From contig JAGXFP010000074.1 in the NCBI GenBank assembly GCA_024637225.1, positions 6,704-70,703 of the forward strand: a stretch of DNA of 64,000 bases, in the 5' to 3' direction. The position numbers and the translations under genes were made by a program. A model generated the notes under the pieces. The model was not told where the DNA came from and made no database searches. It saw only the letters and a list, made by a program, of their open reading frames with translations. Below, one piece after another: positions 19,551 through 29,051 of the stretch. Position 1 is the stretch's first letter. The number at the start of each line of letters is the position of its first letter. The stretch is from Desulfobacterales bacterium (GTDB taxonomy: Bacteria > Desulfobacterota > Desulfobulbia > Desulfobulbales > JAGXFP01).

Positions 19551-20519
19551 TTGAAAGGCGCGAACCATTTCCGGTAGCGCCTTTTTTAAACTTTTTTCGG
19601 GTTCAAACTTCAAGATTTCCTGAATTTTAATGGAGGAATAACAGTCATCTCCCAACAATTTATTATACCGACAGGTATCGAAGGGAACCTTGCCTAATCG
19701 ACCGAGCAAATCACCCATCCCGGCCAGAATCAAAAAAAATGTTTCAGGCACGGACCAATTCGGAATTTTTCTTCCTACAGCTAGGCGTATTTCATTAAAT
19801 ATCTCGCGGGATGAATAACGATTTCCATCGGTTACGATAAAGATCTCGCCATTCGCCTCCTTTTTTTCGGCGGCTAAAACCAGAGCCTTCACCAGATCAT
19901 AAACATGGACCATGGTCCGAATGTTGCCGGTATCGGGAAGGGGTGGAAACCAGCCCTTATCGATATAGCGGAGCATCATGCCGAGATTACCCTTGACCCT
20001 CGTTCCATAGACTAGCGCGGGACGGATAATCGAGACATGCATCCCCGTTGCCCGGCCGATCGCCAATATTTTGATCTCGGCCTCCCTCTTGGTCAGCCCG
20101 TAGCTTCCGTCAGGTTCACCCGAATATTCCTCATCAGCGCAGATTCCATCGGGCGGAGAACCGCCGGCCTTGACGCTGCTTGCGAAAACAAACCGCTTCA
20201 CCCCTTGTCGGGCGGCAATTTCGGCAAGCTCAACGGTGGCATCGGCATTTACTTTTTTATATAAGGAATCGATTTTCGGCCCGATCCTGAAATCATGGGC
20301 AATGCCGGCCAGATGAAAAATCGTGTCGACTCCGGCCAATTCCGCGGCAGGCAGGACACCGTTCTCAAAATCCCAACGGAAATGACTGTCCCAGCACCCT
20401 TCGGCCGAATGGCGAGAAACCGCCTTGATTTTGACGTTCTTCCTTTCGCGAAGAAAACGGCACAACTCACGGCCGACAAAGCCGGTAGCGCCTGTGACCA
20501 AACAATTGTTCATTATCAC
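19539..20519 (-). CDS. NAD-dependent epimerase/reductase (WbpV/WbpK-like)
   Basis: TGATGFVG, SSVKA, YGLTK and RPALVYG..VKGN motifs. Confidence 0.8.
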   Translation of the reverse strand: MIMNNCLVTGATGFVGRELCRFLRERKNVKIKAVSRHSAEGCWDSHFRWDFENGVLPAAELAGVDTIFHLAGIAHDFRIGPKIDSLYKKVNADATVELAEIAARQGVKRFVFASSVKAGGSPPDGICADEEYSGEPDGSYGLTKREAEIKILAIGRATGMHVSIIRPALVYGTRVKGNLGMMLRYIDKGWFPPLPDTGNIRTMVHVYDLVKALVLAAEKKEANGEIFIVTDGNRYSSREIFNEIRLAVGRKIPNWSVPETFFLILAGMGDLLGRLGKVPFDTCRYNKLLGDDCYSSIKIQEILKFEPEKSLKKALPEMVRAFQNDG

Positions 20520-21637
20520 CTATGCCAGACGGTCCTGTTCACGTAGTCGGTATAGCTGAGCACTATACGGACCACTTTTTTCGAGACATTTGCAACGTCA
20601 TAGTCCCCGATTATTCTAAAAGGCATGTCGCCGGCCAATTGGGATACAACCACCTCTATCGCCGCAATTACCTCTTCCGACTTCAAGCCGCACATGATCA
20701 ACGTGCCCTCATCCATCCCCTCGGGGCGTTCATGGGTATTCCGGATAGTAACCGCGGGGAAATTTAGAATCGAGGCCTCCTCGGTAATTGTGCCGCTGTC
20801 CGAGATCACGCAACGAGCCTCCTGCTGCAATTTAATGTAGTCGCTGAAACCAAAGGGTTTGAGGAATTGCACTTTGGAATTTATCGGGTATGACGACAAG
20901 GTTTCAAGTCGTTTTTTAGTGCGCGGGTGGGTCGAAACGATTACCGGCAGTTGCCACTTTTCCGCCAGGGCATTAAAAGTAGCCACCAGATCCAGAAGAT
21001 TATTCGGAGTGTCGACATTTTCTTCCCGATGGGCGCTGACCAGAAAATACCCGCCTTTCTCCAAGTTCAACCGGGTGAGAATGTCGGATTTATTTATCTT
21101 CGGCAGATAATGATCCAGAACCTCCCGCATATGGGAACCGGTTTTAATAATGGTCTCCGGTTTGATGCCTTCGGCGATCAGATAGCGCCGGGCATGTTCG
21201 GTTAGGACAAGATTGATATCGCTAAGATGATCAAGAACCTTGCGGTTCAGCTCCTCGGGGACACGCTGATCGAAACAGCGATTCCCCGCCTCCATATGGA
21301 AGACCGGGATTTTCCGGCGCTTGGCGGCGATCACTCCCAGGCACGAATTGGTATCGCCGTAGAGCAGAACCGCATCGGGCTCTTCCTTTGCCAGCACCTC
21401 GTCAACCTTCATGATCACCTGAGCGATGGTCTGGGCCCCGTTCTCGCCGACCGCGCCCAGAAAATAATCCGGCTTTCTTATCTCCAGGTCCTCGAAGAAG
21501 ACCTGGTTGAGCTCGAAATCGAAATTCTGCCCGGTATGGACCAGGAGATGTTCGGTATGACGGTCGAACTCGGCAATCACCCGGCTCATCTTGATCAGCT
21601 CGGGCCGGGTACCGACGATGGTCATCACCTTAAGCAT
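20516..21637 (-). CDS. UDP-sugar 2-epimerase (FnlC/WbjD/CapG type)
   Basis: GTRPE, HTGQN, GDTNS, HMEAGNRCFD and SDSGTITEE motifs. Confidence 0.9.
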   Translation of the reverse strand: MLKVMTIVGTRPELIKMSRVIAEFDRHTEHLLVHTGQNFDFELNQVFFEDLEIRKPDYFLGAVGENGAQTIAQVIMKVDEVLAKEEPDAVLLYGDTNSCLGVIAAKRRKIPVFHMEAGNRCFDQRVPEELNRKVLDHLSDINLVLTEHARRYLIAEGIKPETIIKTGSHMREVLDHYLPKINKSDILTRLNLEKGGYFLVSAHREENVDTPNNLLDLVATFNALAEKWQLPVIVSTHPRTKKRLETLSSYPINSKVQFLKPFGFSDYIKLQQEARCVISDSGTITEEASILNFPAVTIRNTHERPEGMDEGTLIMCGLKSEEVIAAIEVVVSQLAGDMPFRIIGDYDVANVSKKVVRIVLSYTDYVNRTVWHR

Positions 21638-22640
21638 CGAGTTCCTCCCGGATAAAATCAAGTTTCAGAAGCAGGGTCTTCACCTGTTCGATATCGAGCC
21701 GCTCGGTATTGTGGGAGGTATAGTCATCGAATCGGGAGATTTTCTCCTCGCCGTCGCTGAAAAATTTCGCGTAATTAAGATCCCGGTTGTCGGCCGGGAT
21801 CCTGAAGTAATCTCCAAGGTCGTCGGCTCTCGCCATCTCCTCCCGGGAGATCAGGGATTCGAAAAGCTTCTCGCCGTGCCGGGTCCCGATAATCCTGACC
21901 GGGTTATCCTTGCCGAACAACTCCTTAAGGGCCCGGGCCAGGACTTCGACCGTCGAAGCGGGGGCCTTTTGGACAAAGATATCTCCCTGGGCGCCGTGTT
22001 CGAAGGCATATAGGACCAGATCGACGGAATCCTCCAGGGACATCAGAAAACGGGTCATCTTGGGATCGGTAACCGTCAAGGCTTTGCCCTCCTTCAACTG
22101 GGAAACGAAGAGAGGAATCACAGAGCCCCGGGAAGCCATGACATTGCCGTATCTGGTCGCACAGATCACCGTTTCGCCCTCCCCCTGCATCCGGGCCTTG
22201 GCGACCATCAGCTTTTCCATCATCGCCTTGGACACCCCCATGGCGTTAATGGGATAAACCGCCTTATCGGTACTCAGCACCACCACCCTTTTAACCCCCT
22301 GGGCGATCGCGGCGGCCATCATGTTCTCGGTGCCGATAATATTGGTCCGCACCGCCTCCATGGGATAAAATTCGCAGGACGGCACCTGCTTCAGGGCGGC
22401 GGCATGGAAGACGTAATCCACCCCCTTCATCGCCTGATAGATGCTGTCGTATTCGCGGACATCGCCGATATAGAACTTCAATTTATCGTTGTTCAGGGCG
22501 ATCCGCATCTCTTCCTGTTTTTTCTCGTCACGGCTGAAGATCCGGATTTCGCGAACATCCGTCGACAGGAACCGCTTGAGGACGGTATTGCCGAATGAAC
22601 CGGTGCCGCCGGTAATCATCAAGGTTTTATTGTTAAACAT
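21630..22640 (-). CDS. fnlA: UDP-GlcNAc 4,6-dehydratase/5-epimerase (FnlA/WbjB/CapE)
   Basis: TGGTGSFG, SRDEKKQ, AALKQVPSCEF and RYGNVMASRGS motifs. Confidence 0.92.
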   Translation of the reverse strand: MFNNKTLMITGGTGSFGNTVLKRFLSTDVREIRIFSRDEKKQEEMRIALNNDKLKFYIGDVREYDSIYQAMKGVDYVFHAAALKQVPSCEFYPMEAVRTNIIGTENMMAAAIAQGVKRVVVLSTDKAVYPINAMGVSKAMMEKLMVAKARMQGEGETVICATRYGNVMASRGSVIPLFVSQLKEGKALTVTDPKMTRFLMSLEDSVDLVLYAFEHGAQGDIFVQKAPASTVEVLARALKELFGKDNPVRIIGTRHGEKLFESLISREEMARADDLGDYFRIPADNRDLNYAKFFSDGEEKISRFDDYTSHNTERLDIEQVKTLLLKLDFIREELDA

Positions 22641-22652
22641 GATCTGAAACTC

Positions 22653-22760
22653 CTAACTGGTCTTATGTTCCCTTACCCTCTTGACAGGATTCGAGGTCAC
22701 GCCAAGATAAAGCGTTCCGTTTCTTTTGCCTGCGAGAATATACACAGCTGGTTATTTATT
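22653..22760 (-). pseudogene. Remnant of a small GIY-YIG nuclease gene
   Basis: Hand translation NK*PAVYILAGKRNGTLYLGVTSNPVKRVREHKTS* shows VYIL..LYxG..R..EH, with an in-frame stop and no start. Confidence 0.8.
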
Positions 22761-22820
22761 AGCAAATTCCGCCGCTCCGGATTGCCAACAATTACAGCGG
22801 CTTGCATTCACCCTGTCGGA

Positions 22821-23690
22821 TCAGGCCTCTCTTTCCCGGACCTGCCCGGCCAGCTCCGCCAGCATCTCATCCCATGCGGGCGCCTGATAACCTGTTTTTT
22901 TATTGAATCGGGAGCCGTCGAGGCTGCGTTCGCAGAAGAAGCCGGAATCGGGAAGCAGCTTGAGATCTTCCCTGCCCAGATAAGCCGATAACCGTTTAAG
23001 GAGCTCATACTTGTTGATCGGAGCGCTGGCCACGTGCCAGAGCCCCGCGAGATCCGTATCCACGGTCAGCACCCTTTCGATAATCCGGGCCATCTCCAGG
23101 GTGGTAAAACCGCTGTAGATCGCCCGGGTAAAGCCCTTCGCTTCCCCTTTTTGGGCGAGAAACCATTCGACCAGGCTCTTCCTGCGCACAAGCTCCAGAC
23201 CGATAATCGAGGTGCGCAGGGTCACCGCCTGGGGATCATGGACCTCGCCCAGGAGTTTGGAGCGGCCATAGAGATCCCTGGCATCCTCAAGATCGTCCTC
23301 GGCATACATCCCCTTCGCGCCGGAGAAAACGCAATCCGTACTGATCTGGATCAACCTGGCGCCGATCTCGCCGCATAACCGGCTTAAACGATGGGGCAGC
23401 AAGGAATTGACCTCCAGGCTGACGATGGCGTCATGGGCCTCGGAACGCTGTTTGACGATGCCCACCGCATTGACGATGGCCTCCGGTTTAAAGTCGGCGG
23501 CAACGGCGGCAATCCGGGCGAAGTCGCGGACATCGACCCCGTAACAGCTGTTGGCCTCATCAAACAGGCCGTATCGGTCGTAGTGGTTTGCCTCGCCGCG
23601 CAGGGTAACACAAACCTCATGGTTTGACTGCCACGACTTAAGCAGCTGGTGGCCCAGCATGCCGTCTCCGCCCAGAATCAGGATTCGCAC
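22821..23690 (-). CDS. RmlD-like NDP-4-keto-sugar reductase (WbvR/QnlA type)
   Basis: LGGDGMLG, ISTDCVFSG and YGRSKLLGE motifs. Confidence 0.82.
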   Translation of the reverse strand: MRILILGGDGMLGHQLLKSWQSNHEVCVTLRGEANHYDRYGLFDEANSCYGVDVRDFARIAAVAADFKPEAIVNAVGIVKQRSEAHDAIVSLEVNSLLPHRLSRLCGEIGARLIQISTDCVFSGAKGMYAEDDLEDARDLYGRSKLLGEVHDPQAVTLRTSIIGLELVRRKSLVEWFLAQKGEAKGFTRAIYSGFTTLEMARIIERVLTVDTDLAGLWHVASAPINKYELLKRLSAYLGREDLKLLPDSGFFCERSLDGSRFNKKTGYQAPAWDEMLAELAGQVREREA

Positions 23691-24916
23691 CGCCCCTCCT
23701 CTACCACATGCCGCATCCAGCCCTCAAGGCGGCCGATCAGCATATCCCTCTCAAATTCGGCTCTATAATAATCGCGGCCACGGCTTCCCATCTTCCCGCG
23801 GTCCGATTCATTCATCCCATAGAGCTTCCGAACCGTGGCAGCCAGTCCCTCATCATCTCCGGCGCCGACGGACATCCCGGCATTCGCCTCGGAAATCACC
23901 CGGGCGCCCTCGCCATTTAAGGCGGCGACAATCGGTTTTCCGCAGGCCATATAGGTTTGCACCTTACTGGGGATGGTCCGGTCGAAAACCGGATCGTCTT
24001 TCAAGGTTACCAGCAAGACATCGGAAGCAGCAAATAGAGCGGGCATCCGTTCGGCCGGGAAACTGCCCATAAAATGGACCCGCTCTCCGACCCCGAGACG
24101 TTCGGCTTCCTGTCGCATCCACTCTTTCCTTCGTCCGTCCCCGACAATAAGCCAATGTATCGACGACTCATCACCCAATCGGGCCGCCGCCGAAATAATC
24201 GTCCCCAGCGACTGGGCTTCTCCCAGGTTACCGGCAAACATGACCCGAAAGCCATCCGGTATTGCCAGACCGGCCGGCAAGGCTTCATTTTTCACCGGCC
24301 GATAAAACGATTCGGCCCAATTAGGGAAGTATTCGATCCGTTCGGCGGGCGCTCCGGCCGCAACCGCCGGCTGGATAAAAGCCCTGGACTGAACGAGGAC
24401 CAGATCCATGTGCCGGTAAATCCACTTCACCAGACCGCCGACCGTCTTTAAAACCGCGGGCGACTTGACGGCTCCGGCCGCCTCAAGGCTTTCCGGCCAG
24501 AGATCCTGAACCCAGAAAAGCATCGGCGCCTTTTTCAGCCGGCGCATCAGGATGGCCGGAATGCCGACGGTAAAAGGCGACGGTTCATAGACGAAGATCA
24601 AGTCGAACTCCTGTTTGCGCAACAACCAGGGTCCGAGCAAACAGCCGGAAAAGACAAAGGACAGATAATTAAGGGCCAGCTGCCATCCCCTGGCCCGGCG
24701 CCTTAGAAACAGGGGCAGCCGGAAAATCGGCACACCCTCCATATTGTCGCGCCGCTTTTTCCACCAGCCGTAACCTTCGAACAACCGGCCGGTCGGATAA
24801 TTGGGTACCCCGGTCAGTACCGTCACCTCATGCCCCCGAACTTTCAGGGTCAGGACAAGATCGTTGATCCGGAACTGTTCCGGCCAGAAATACTGGCTGA
24901 CGACCAGGATCTTCAA
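23678..24916 (-). CDS. Glycosyltransferase family 4 (WbuB/WbjE-like)
   Basis: SQYFWPE, PNYP, QDLWPES, FAGNLGEAQ and IPSK motifs. Confidence 0.88.
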   Translation of the reverse strand: MKILVVSQYFWPEQFRINDLVLTLKVRGHEVTVLTGVPNYPTGRLFEGYGWWKKRRDNMEGVPIFRLPLFLRRRARGWQLALNYLSFVFSGCLLGPWLLRKQEFDLIFVYEPSPFTVGIPAILMRRLKKAPMLFWVQDLWPESLEAAGAVKSPAVLKTVGGLVKWIYRHMDLVLVQSRAFIQPAVAAGAPAERIEYFPNWAESFYRPVKNEALPAGLAIPDGFRVMFAGNLGEAQSLGTIISAAARLGDESSIHWLIVGDGRRKEWMRQEAERLGVGERVHFMGSFPAERMPALFAASDVLLVTLKDDPVFDRTIPSKVQTYMACGKPIVAALNGEGARVISEANAGMSVGAGDDEGLAATVRKLYGMNESDRGKMGSRGRDYYRAEFERDMLIGRLEGWMRHVVEEGRCES

Positions 24917-26049
24917 GTTTTCATACCATAAACACAGCGTTTGAACAATTTCAGATGTCTTTCGGCAGCGATATCCCAGGTGTAGGAAGCGGCCGCTAGC
25001 CGCCGTCCCTTCCCGCCCATTTCATTACGTAAATCCGGATCGGTCATCAGCCCGCCTACCACCTTCGCCAACTCCGAGGAATCGGCCCCGGAAAGCCTGG
25101 CCGCCCCGGCCTCGGCAAGGGCATCGAAGCCGCAGCGATCGGTCAGCACCACCGGAACTCCGCAAACCGCGCCTTCCAGGGCGACGATCGACATCGCCTC
25201 CTGTCTGGAAGGCACCACCAGCAAGGAAGCGCCGTGATAGGCCGAAGACTTCAATTCACCTCCGACATAGCCGGCAAAATGGACGCGGTCGACCAAACCC
25301 TCCTCCCTGGCCCGCTTTTTCAGTAATTCACCCATTCCGCCATCCGGGCCCGCAAAGACCAGGTGGAGTTCGGGAAAATCCGCCGATAATTTAATAAACG
25401 CATCGAGGAGAAGATCCGGCCCCTTGATTTCGTTCAGGCGTCCCACGAAAAGCAGGTAATCCGCATCCCCTAGGCCGGCATGCTTACGAAACGGATCTTC
25501 ATCTTCGCAGGCAAAGTCTTCGAGCCGGACCCCGTTCGGGATATGTTCAATCCGCTCCGCCGAAACGCCGTGCCGCCTTAACGTCTCAACCTCATCTTCC
25601 GTAATCGCTATGGCCGCGACCGCATTGCCGATCAGGGCGCGGCCGACCAGCCTGTTATAGCAAAGCTTAAACATCTTTGACCGGCCAAAAATCGACAACG
25701 CTCCGGCTGGACTTACGACATGAGGCTTTTTCGCCAGGCGGGCGATCCAGTAGACGATGGCGTTAATAATGGTCCAGTGGTTCATCAGATGAATGATATC
25801 CGCCCGGCAAACCATGCGGTAGATAGCAAGCAATTTCGGAGCGGGCAAATACCAGCGCCGGTTCCAACAGGGCAACAGAACGACATCCGCGGATTCGGGC
25901 AAAGCGGATGAAGCGGCCACGGAGACGGAAAGGATCCGGGAAGCGGTCCCTTCCATCTTACGCATACTCTCGTGCAGTTGCCGAATTCGCTCGACGGTGC
26001 CGCCGCCGGAAACGGGATCGAGGCTCATATTGACATGGAGGATATTCAT
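24913..26049 (-). CDS. Glycosyltransferase family 4
   Basis: IPNG, FVGRL..KG and PSRQE..LEG motifs. Confidence 0.88.
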   Translation of the reverse strand: MNILHVNMSLDPVSGGGTVERIRQLHESMRKMEGTASRILSVSVAASSALPESADVVLLPCWNRRWYLPAPKLLAIYRMVCRADIIHLMNHWTIINAIVYWIARLAKKPHVVSPAGALSIFGRSKMFKLCYNRLVGRALIGNAVAAIAITEDEVETLRRHGVSAERIEHIPNGVRLEDFACEDEDPFRKHAGLGDADYLLFVGRLNEIKGPDLLLDAFIKLSADFPELHLVFAGPDGGMGELLKKRAREEGLVDRVHFAGYVGGELKSSAYHGASLLVVPSRQEAMSIVALEGAVCGVPVVLTDRCGFDALAEAGAARLSGADSSELAKVVGGLMTDPDLRNEMGGKGRRLAAASYTWDIAAERHLKLFKRCVYGMKT

Positions 26050-26957
26050 CGATTCCGGTCTTTTGCAATATCCTCGATTGCGCCGCGAAAACCGAGGGGC
26101 AGTTTAAATCCAAGCCGTTGTATCTTGGCTGACGAAAATCTTGTCCGGCCATGGAGGCTTGGTCCGCGAAACGCCCTCCTGATAAGATGGGGCACAAATC
26201 GAGGCAGGGAGCAGGGCAGCTTCAGCTCACCTTGTCCGCCGTCCCGGAGAAAAAGGTAATAAGCGGCAATACCGGCGACCGTATTAAGCTCTTCCTCGTC
26301 GCAGGCAACAAAGAAATACTCTGGTTTTGGTAAAGGATGGTCCAAAAAAAACATGGCGGCGGAGGCAATATCCCCGGCATGAACAATGTGGGCGTGTTCC
26401 CTGCCCTTCAAAAGCACCTTCAGCCTGTCCATAAAATTGTTTCTGATCGGATACTCAATGAAGCCCGGCCGACTACTGCTGACTACGAATACCGGGCGAA
26501 GTACACAAGTTTTTGCGTCAAGTCCGGACGACAAAACCAGCTGTTCCGCGGCGTATTTGCTTTTTTCATAAGTATCGCGAGGATGGCAAGGAGTATCCTC
26601 ATCGACCCATTCAGAGCTGTTCGCCCCCAGTACGCCTGCGGAACTGATATAGCAAAAGTAATCCAGGGATGATTTTTTTGCGATTTCCAGGATCTTCTCA
26701 GTTGCCTTGACATTGATCTCCCAAATCAGATCCTGTTGAGCAAATTCTGCGGCGCAATGAAAAAAAGCGGAAGAGCCGCTTATCAATTTGTCTAAAACCT
26801 TCTCGTCGCGGATATCGCCCCTGATCACCTCAAGGGCCGGATCTTCCAGGGCAAGGCCGGACCTGGTCAAGGCCCGGACCTTCCAACCTTTTTCGATCAG
26901 CATCGACAACAGATATCCGCCGATCGGGCTTGAAGCACCTGTGATTGAGGCAATCAT
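26046..26957 (-). CDS. NAD-dependent epimerase/dehydratase
   Basis: TGASSPIG, YISS, YEKSK and LRP motifs. Confidence 0.8.
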   Translation of the reverse strand: MIASITGASSPIGGYLLSMLIEKGWKVRALTRSGLALEDPALEVIRGDIRDEKVLDKLISGSSAFFHCAAEFAQQDLIWEINVKATEKILEIAKKSSLDYFCYISSAGVLGANSSEWVDEDTPCHPRDTYEKSKYAAEQLVLSSGLDAKTCVLRPVFVVSSSRPGFIEYPIRNNFMDRLKVLLKGREHAHIVHAGDIASAAMFFLDHPLPKPEYFFVACDEEELNTVAGIAAYYLFLRDGGQGELKLPCSLPRFVPHLIRRAFRGPSLHGRTRFSSAKIQRLGFKLPLGFRGAIEDIAKDRNR

Positions 26958-27005
26958 CGATAATAACTTTGAAATTCGATATAAATTAATCTTTGAATTG
27001 TTTTT

Positions 27006-27926
27006 TTACACATCATTTAAAAAATCTCTAATAATGAGCTTTGACATCTTCCATTTATTGATATTTTTAATTAAATTCCGTTTTGATTTTATTGTCATTG
27101 TCCTTATAAATTTTTCCTTGTTACTTTTATGAGCATCTTCAGTTGATCGGCCATCCTTATGTAAAATCTTGATATTGGGTAAATACAGTCTTTTCAACCC
27201 ATTCAGCTCACAATTCCATGCCATTATATCTTCTTCACCGTACATGAAGAAACTTTCATCCAGCAATCCGACTTTATCGAGATATTGTTTTGTAAGATAT
27301 AAAAAACAGCCATGCAGCATATAGACGGATTGTTGCCCGGAACCAGAGTTGGAACTCGATTCCTCCAATTTAGTTGCTACCGACGATCTTCTACTATGTT
27401 CTATTGCAGGAAATTTTCTGTATAATTGCGTTCTGATCCCGACCATAAACTCATACAGATATAAATTCAAAAAATATAAAAAATTTAGCCGATATAACGG
27501 TGGATTTTGATGAACGCCCCCCGGAGTCAGTACATCCGTTCCCACAATACCCACATCACTCAAATCTAATTTATCGAATTCATCCAGTATATTATGAGAA
27601 ATAATCTCCGTGTCATTGGTTGCGATGATAACTTGAGAAATGCCATTTTCGCGGAGGATTCGAATGCCGGTATTGTTGCCGGCCGAATAACCGTTGTTTT
27701 GATCGTTGAAAGCCAGGGTGATTTTCGGATGCCCCTCGAATTTGGACTTTAGCTTCTCGAACGAGTCGTTGGGTGAAGAATTGTCAACGATAACGATACA
27801 ATAATCGTCTCTATCGGTTATCCGCAATATCGATTCAACACATGCGATAGTATCGGTGTAATTATTATAGTTCAGAACCACAAAACCATATCGAGGTTTA
27901 AGCCCGGGGGAAGCTGACATATGCAC
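27006..27926 (-). CDS. Glycosyltransferase family 2 (AT-rich)
   Basis: VLNYN, VDNSS, NNGYSAGNN and FMYGEE motifs. Confidence 0.88.
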   Translation of the reverse strand: MHMSASPGLKPRYGFVVLNYNNYTDTIACVESILRITDRDDYCIVIVDNSSPNDSFEKLKSKFEGHPKITLAFNDQNNGYSAGNNTGIRILRENGISQVIIATNDTEIISHNILDEFDKLDLSDVGIVGTDVLTPGGVHQNPPLYRLNFLYFLNLYLYEFMVGIRTQLYRKFPAIEHSRRSSVATKLEESSSNSGSGQQSVYMLHGCFLYLTKQYLDKVGLLDESFFMYGEEDIMAWNCELNGLKRLYLPNIKILHKDGRSTEDAHKSNKEKFIRTMTIKSKRNLIKNINKWKMSKLIIRDFLNDV

Positions 27927-27977
27927 TCCGCTGCCGACAGAATTCCGGCAAAGTATAAAAAAAATCCGATTTTTTGA

Positions 27978-29015
27978 TTATTTCTTTTCGGCCCTTACTG
28001 TAACGAATTCCCGTGCTTCCAAGTCATACCTGGCCCGAAACGATGGAATAACGCACTTTAGGCGCTGCAGTAAAGTGGGCCTGCAATTCGTGGGATCAAG
28101 GCCCTGGCGGATCGCTTCGCATGCAGCATTAATATTGCAGTACTGTTCCCTGTAGGGCATGTCGACGAAATTTCGGAAACCCGCGGCTTTAAAACTTCTC
28201 AGCAGAGAAGAACGTGTAAACAACACCAGGTGCCGCGGCGGTTCAAGACCACGCCAGTTTTTTCCGAAACGTCTGCTGCCAAGCGAGTCGATATTCGGCG
28301 TCTCTACCCATAACCACCCTCCCGGTTTCAAAAGTTTATGGCATTCGCGTAACAAGCCTTGAGGATCGTGGATATGTTCAATCACATGGCTCAGGGTGAT
28401 TCCATCAAAACTTCCGTATTGACCCTTAAGCGCGTCCGGCAGATCCAAATGCACGACCACCCCCCGTTTGCGTGCAACTTCCACGGCTTTACGGTCGGTC
28501 TCAACCCCCTGCACTTCCCAGCCGGCATTTTTAGCGCGAGCCAAAAAATCACCATTGCCGCAACCGATATCGAGCAACCTGTTTCCCGCTTTCGATAGAG
28601 GGAGATGGCGCATTAAAGCGTCCACCGTTGCCCGTTGACCCGGCAACATGTGAGCCAACCAATACCCCCAGGATAAAGCGGGGAACTCCTTGGTACCGTA
28701 TTTCCGATTCCGATAGCCGTTGACCACGGCGCGACGCAATCGCCGGAATGGACTTTTCGCCTTGGAAGATTCTTGGTCATGGGTGTAATAATTGGCATAG
28801 GCCCTGCCGATCGTCTCCGGAGTCGGGCGGGGATCCAAGTAGGCAGAACCGCATTCACTGCATTTATAAAGTTGCCATTGACCCGGAGCACAAAAAAAGA
28901 TCAGATCGGTCAGACCGTCATAGAGCAGATATCTATGATTTGATCCACAAACCGGGCATGCGGAAACCGCTTCCCGATCCTCTACCGGCCATTCGCGTGA
29001 GTTAATTTCAGTCAT
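27978..29015 (-). CDS. Class I SAM methyltransferase with N-terminal CxxC..CxxC
   Basis: CPVC, CSEC, LDIGCGNG, SHVIEH, TPN and PRH motifs. Confidence 0.88.
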   Translation of the reverse strand: MTEINSREWPVEDREAVSACPVCGSNHRYLLYDGLTDLIFFCAPGQWQLYKCSECGSAYLDPRPTPETIGRAYANYYTHDQESSKAKSPFRRLRRAVVNGYRNRKYGTKEFPALSWGYWLAHMLPGQRATVDALMRHLPLSKAGNRLLDIGCGNGDFLARAKNAGWEVQGVETDRKAVEVARKRGVVVHLDLPDALKGQYGSFDGITLSHVIEHIHDPQGLLRECHKLLKPGGWLWVETPNIDSLGSRRFGKNWRGLEPPRHLVLFTRSSLLRSFKAAGFRNFVDMPYREQYCNINAACEAIRQGLDPTNCRPTLLQRLKCVIPSFRARYDLEAREFVTVRAEKK

Positions 29016-29051
29016 GGATAATTATATTTTACAGACATCGATTTCCTTAAT

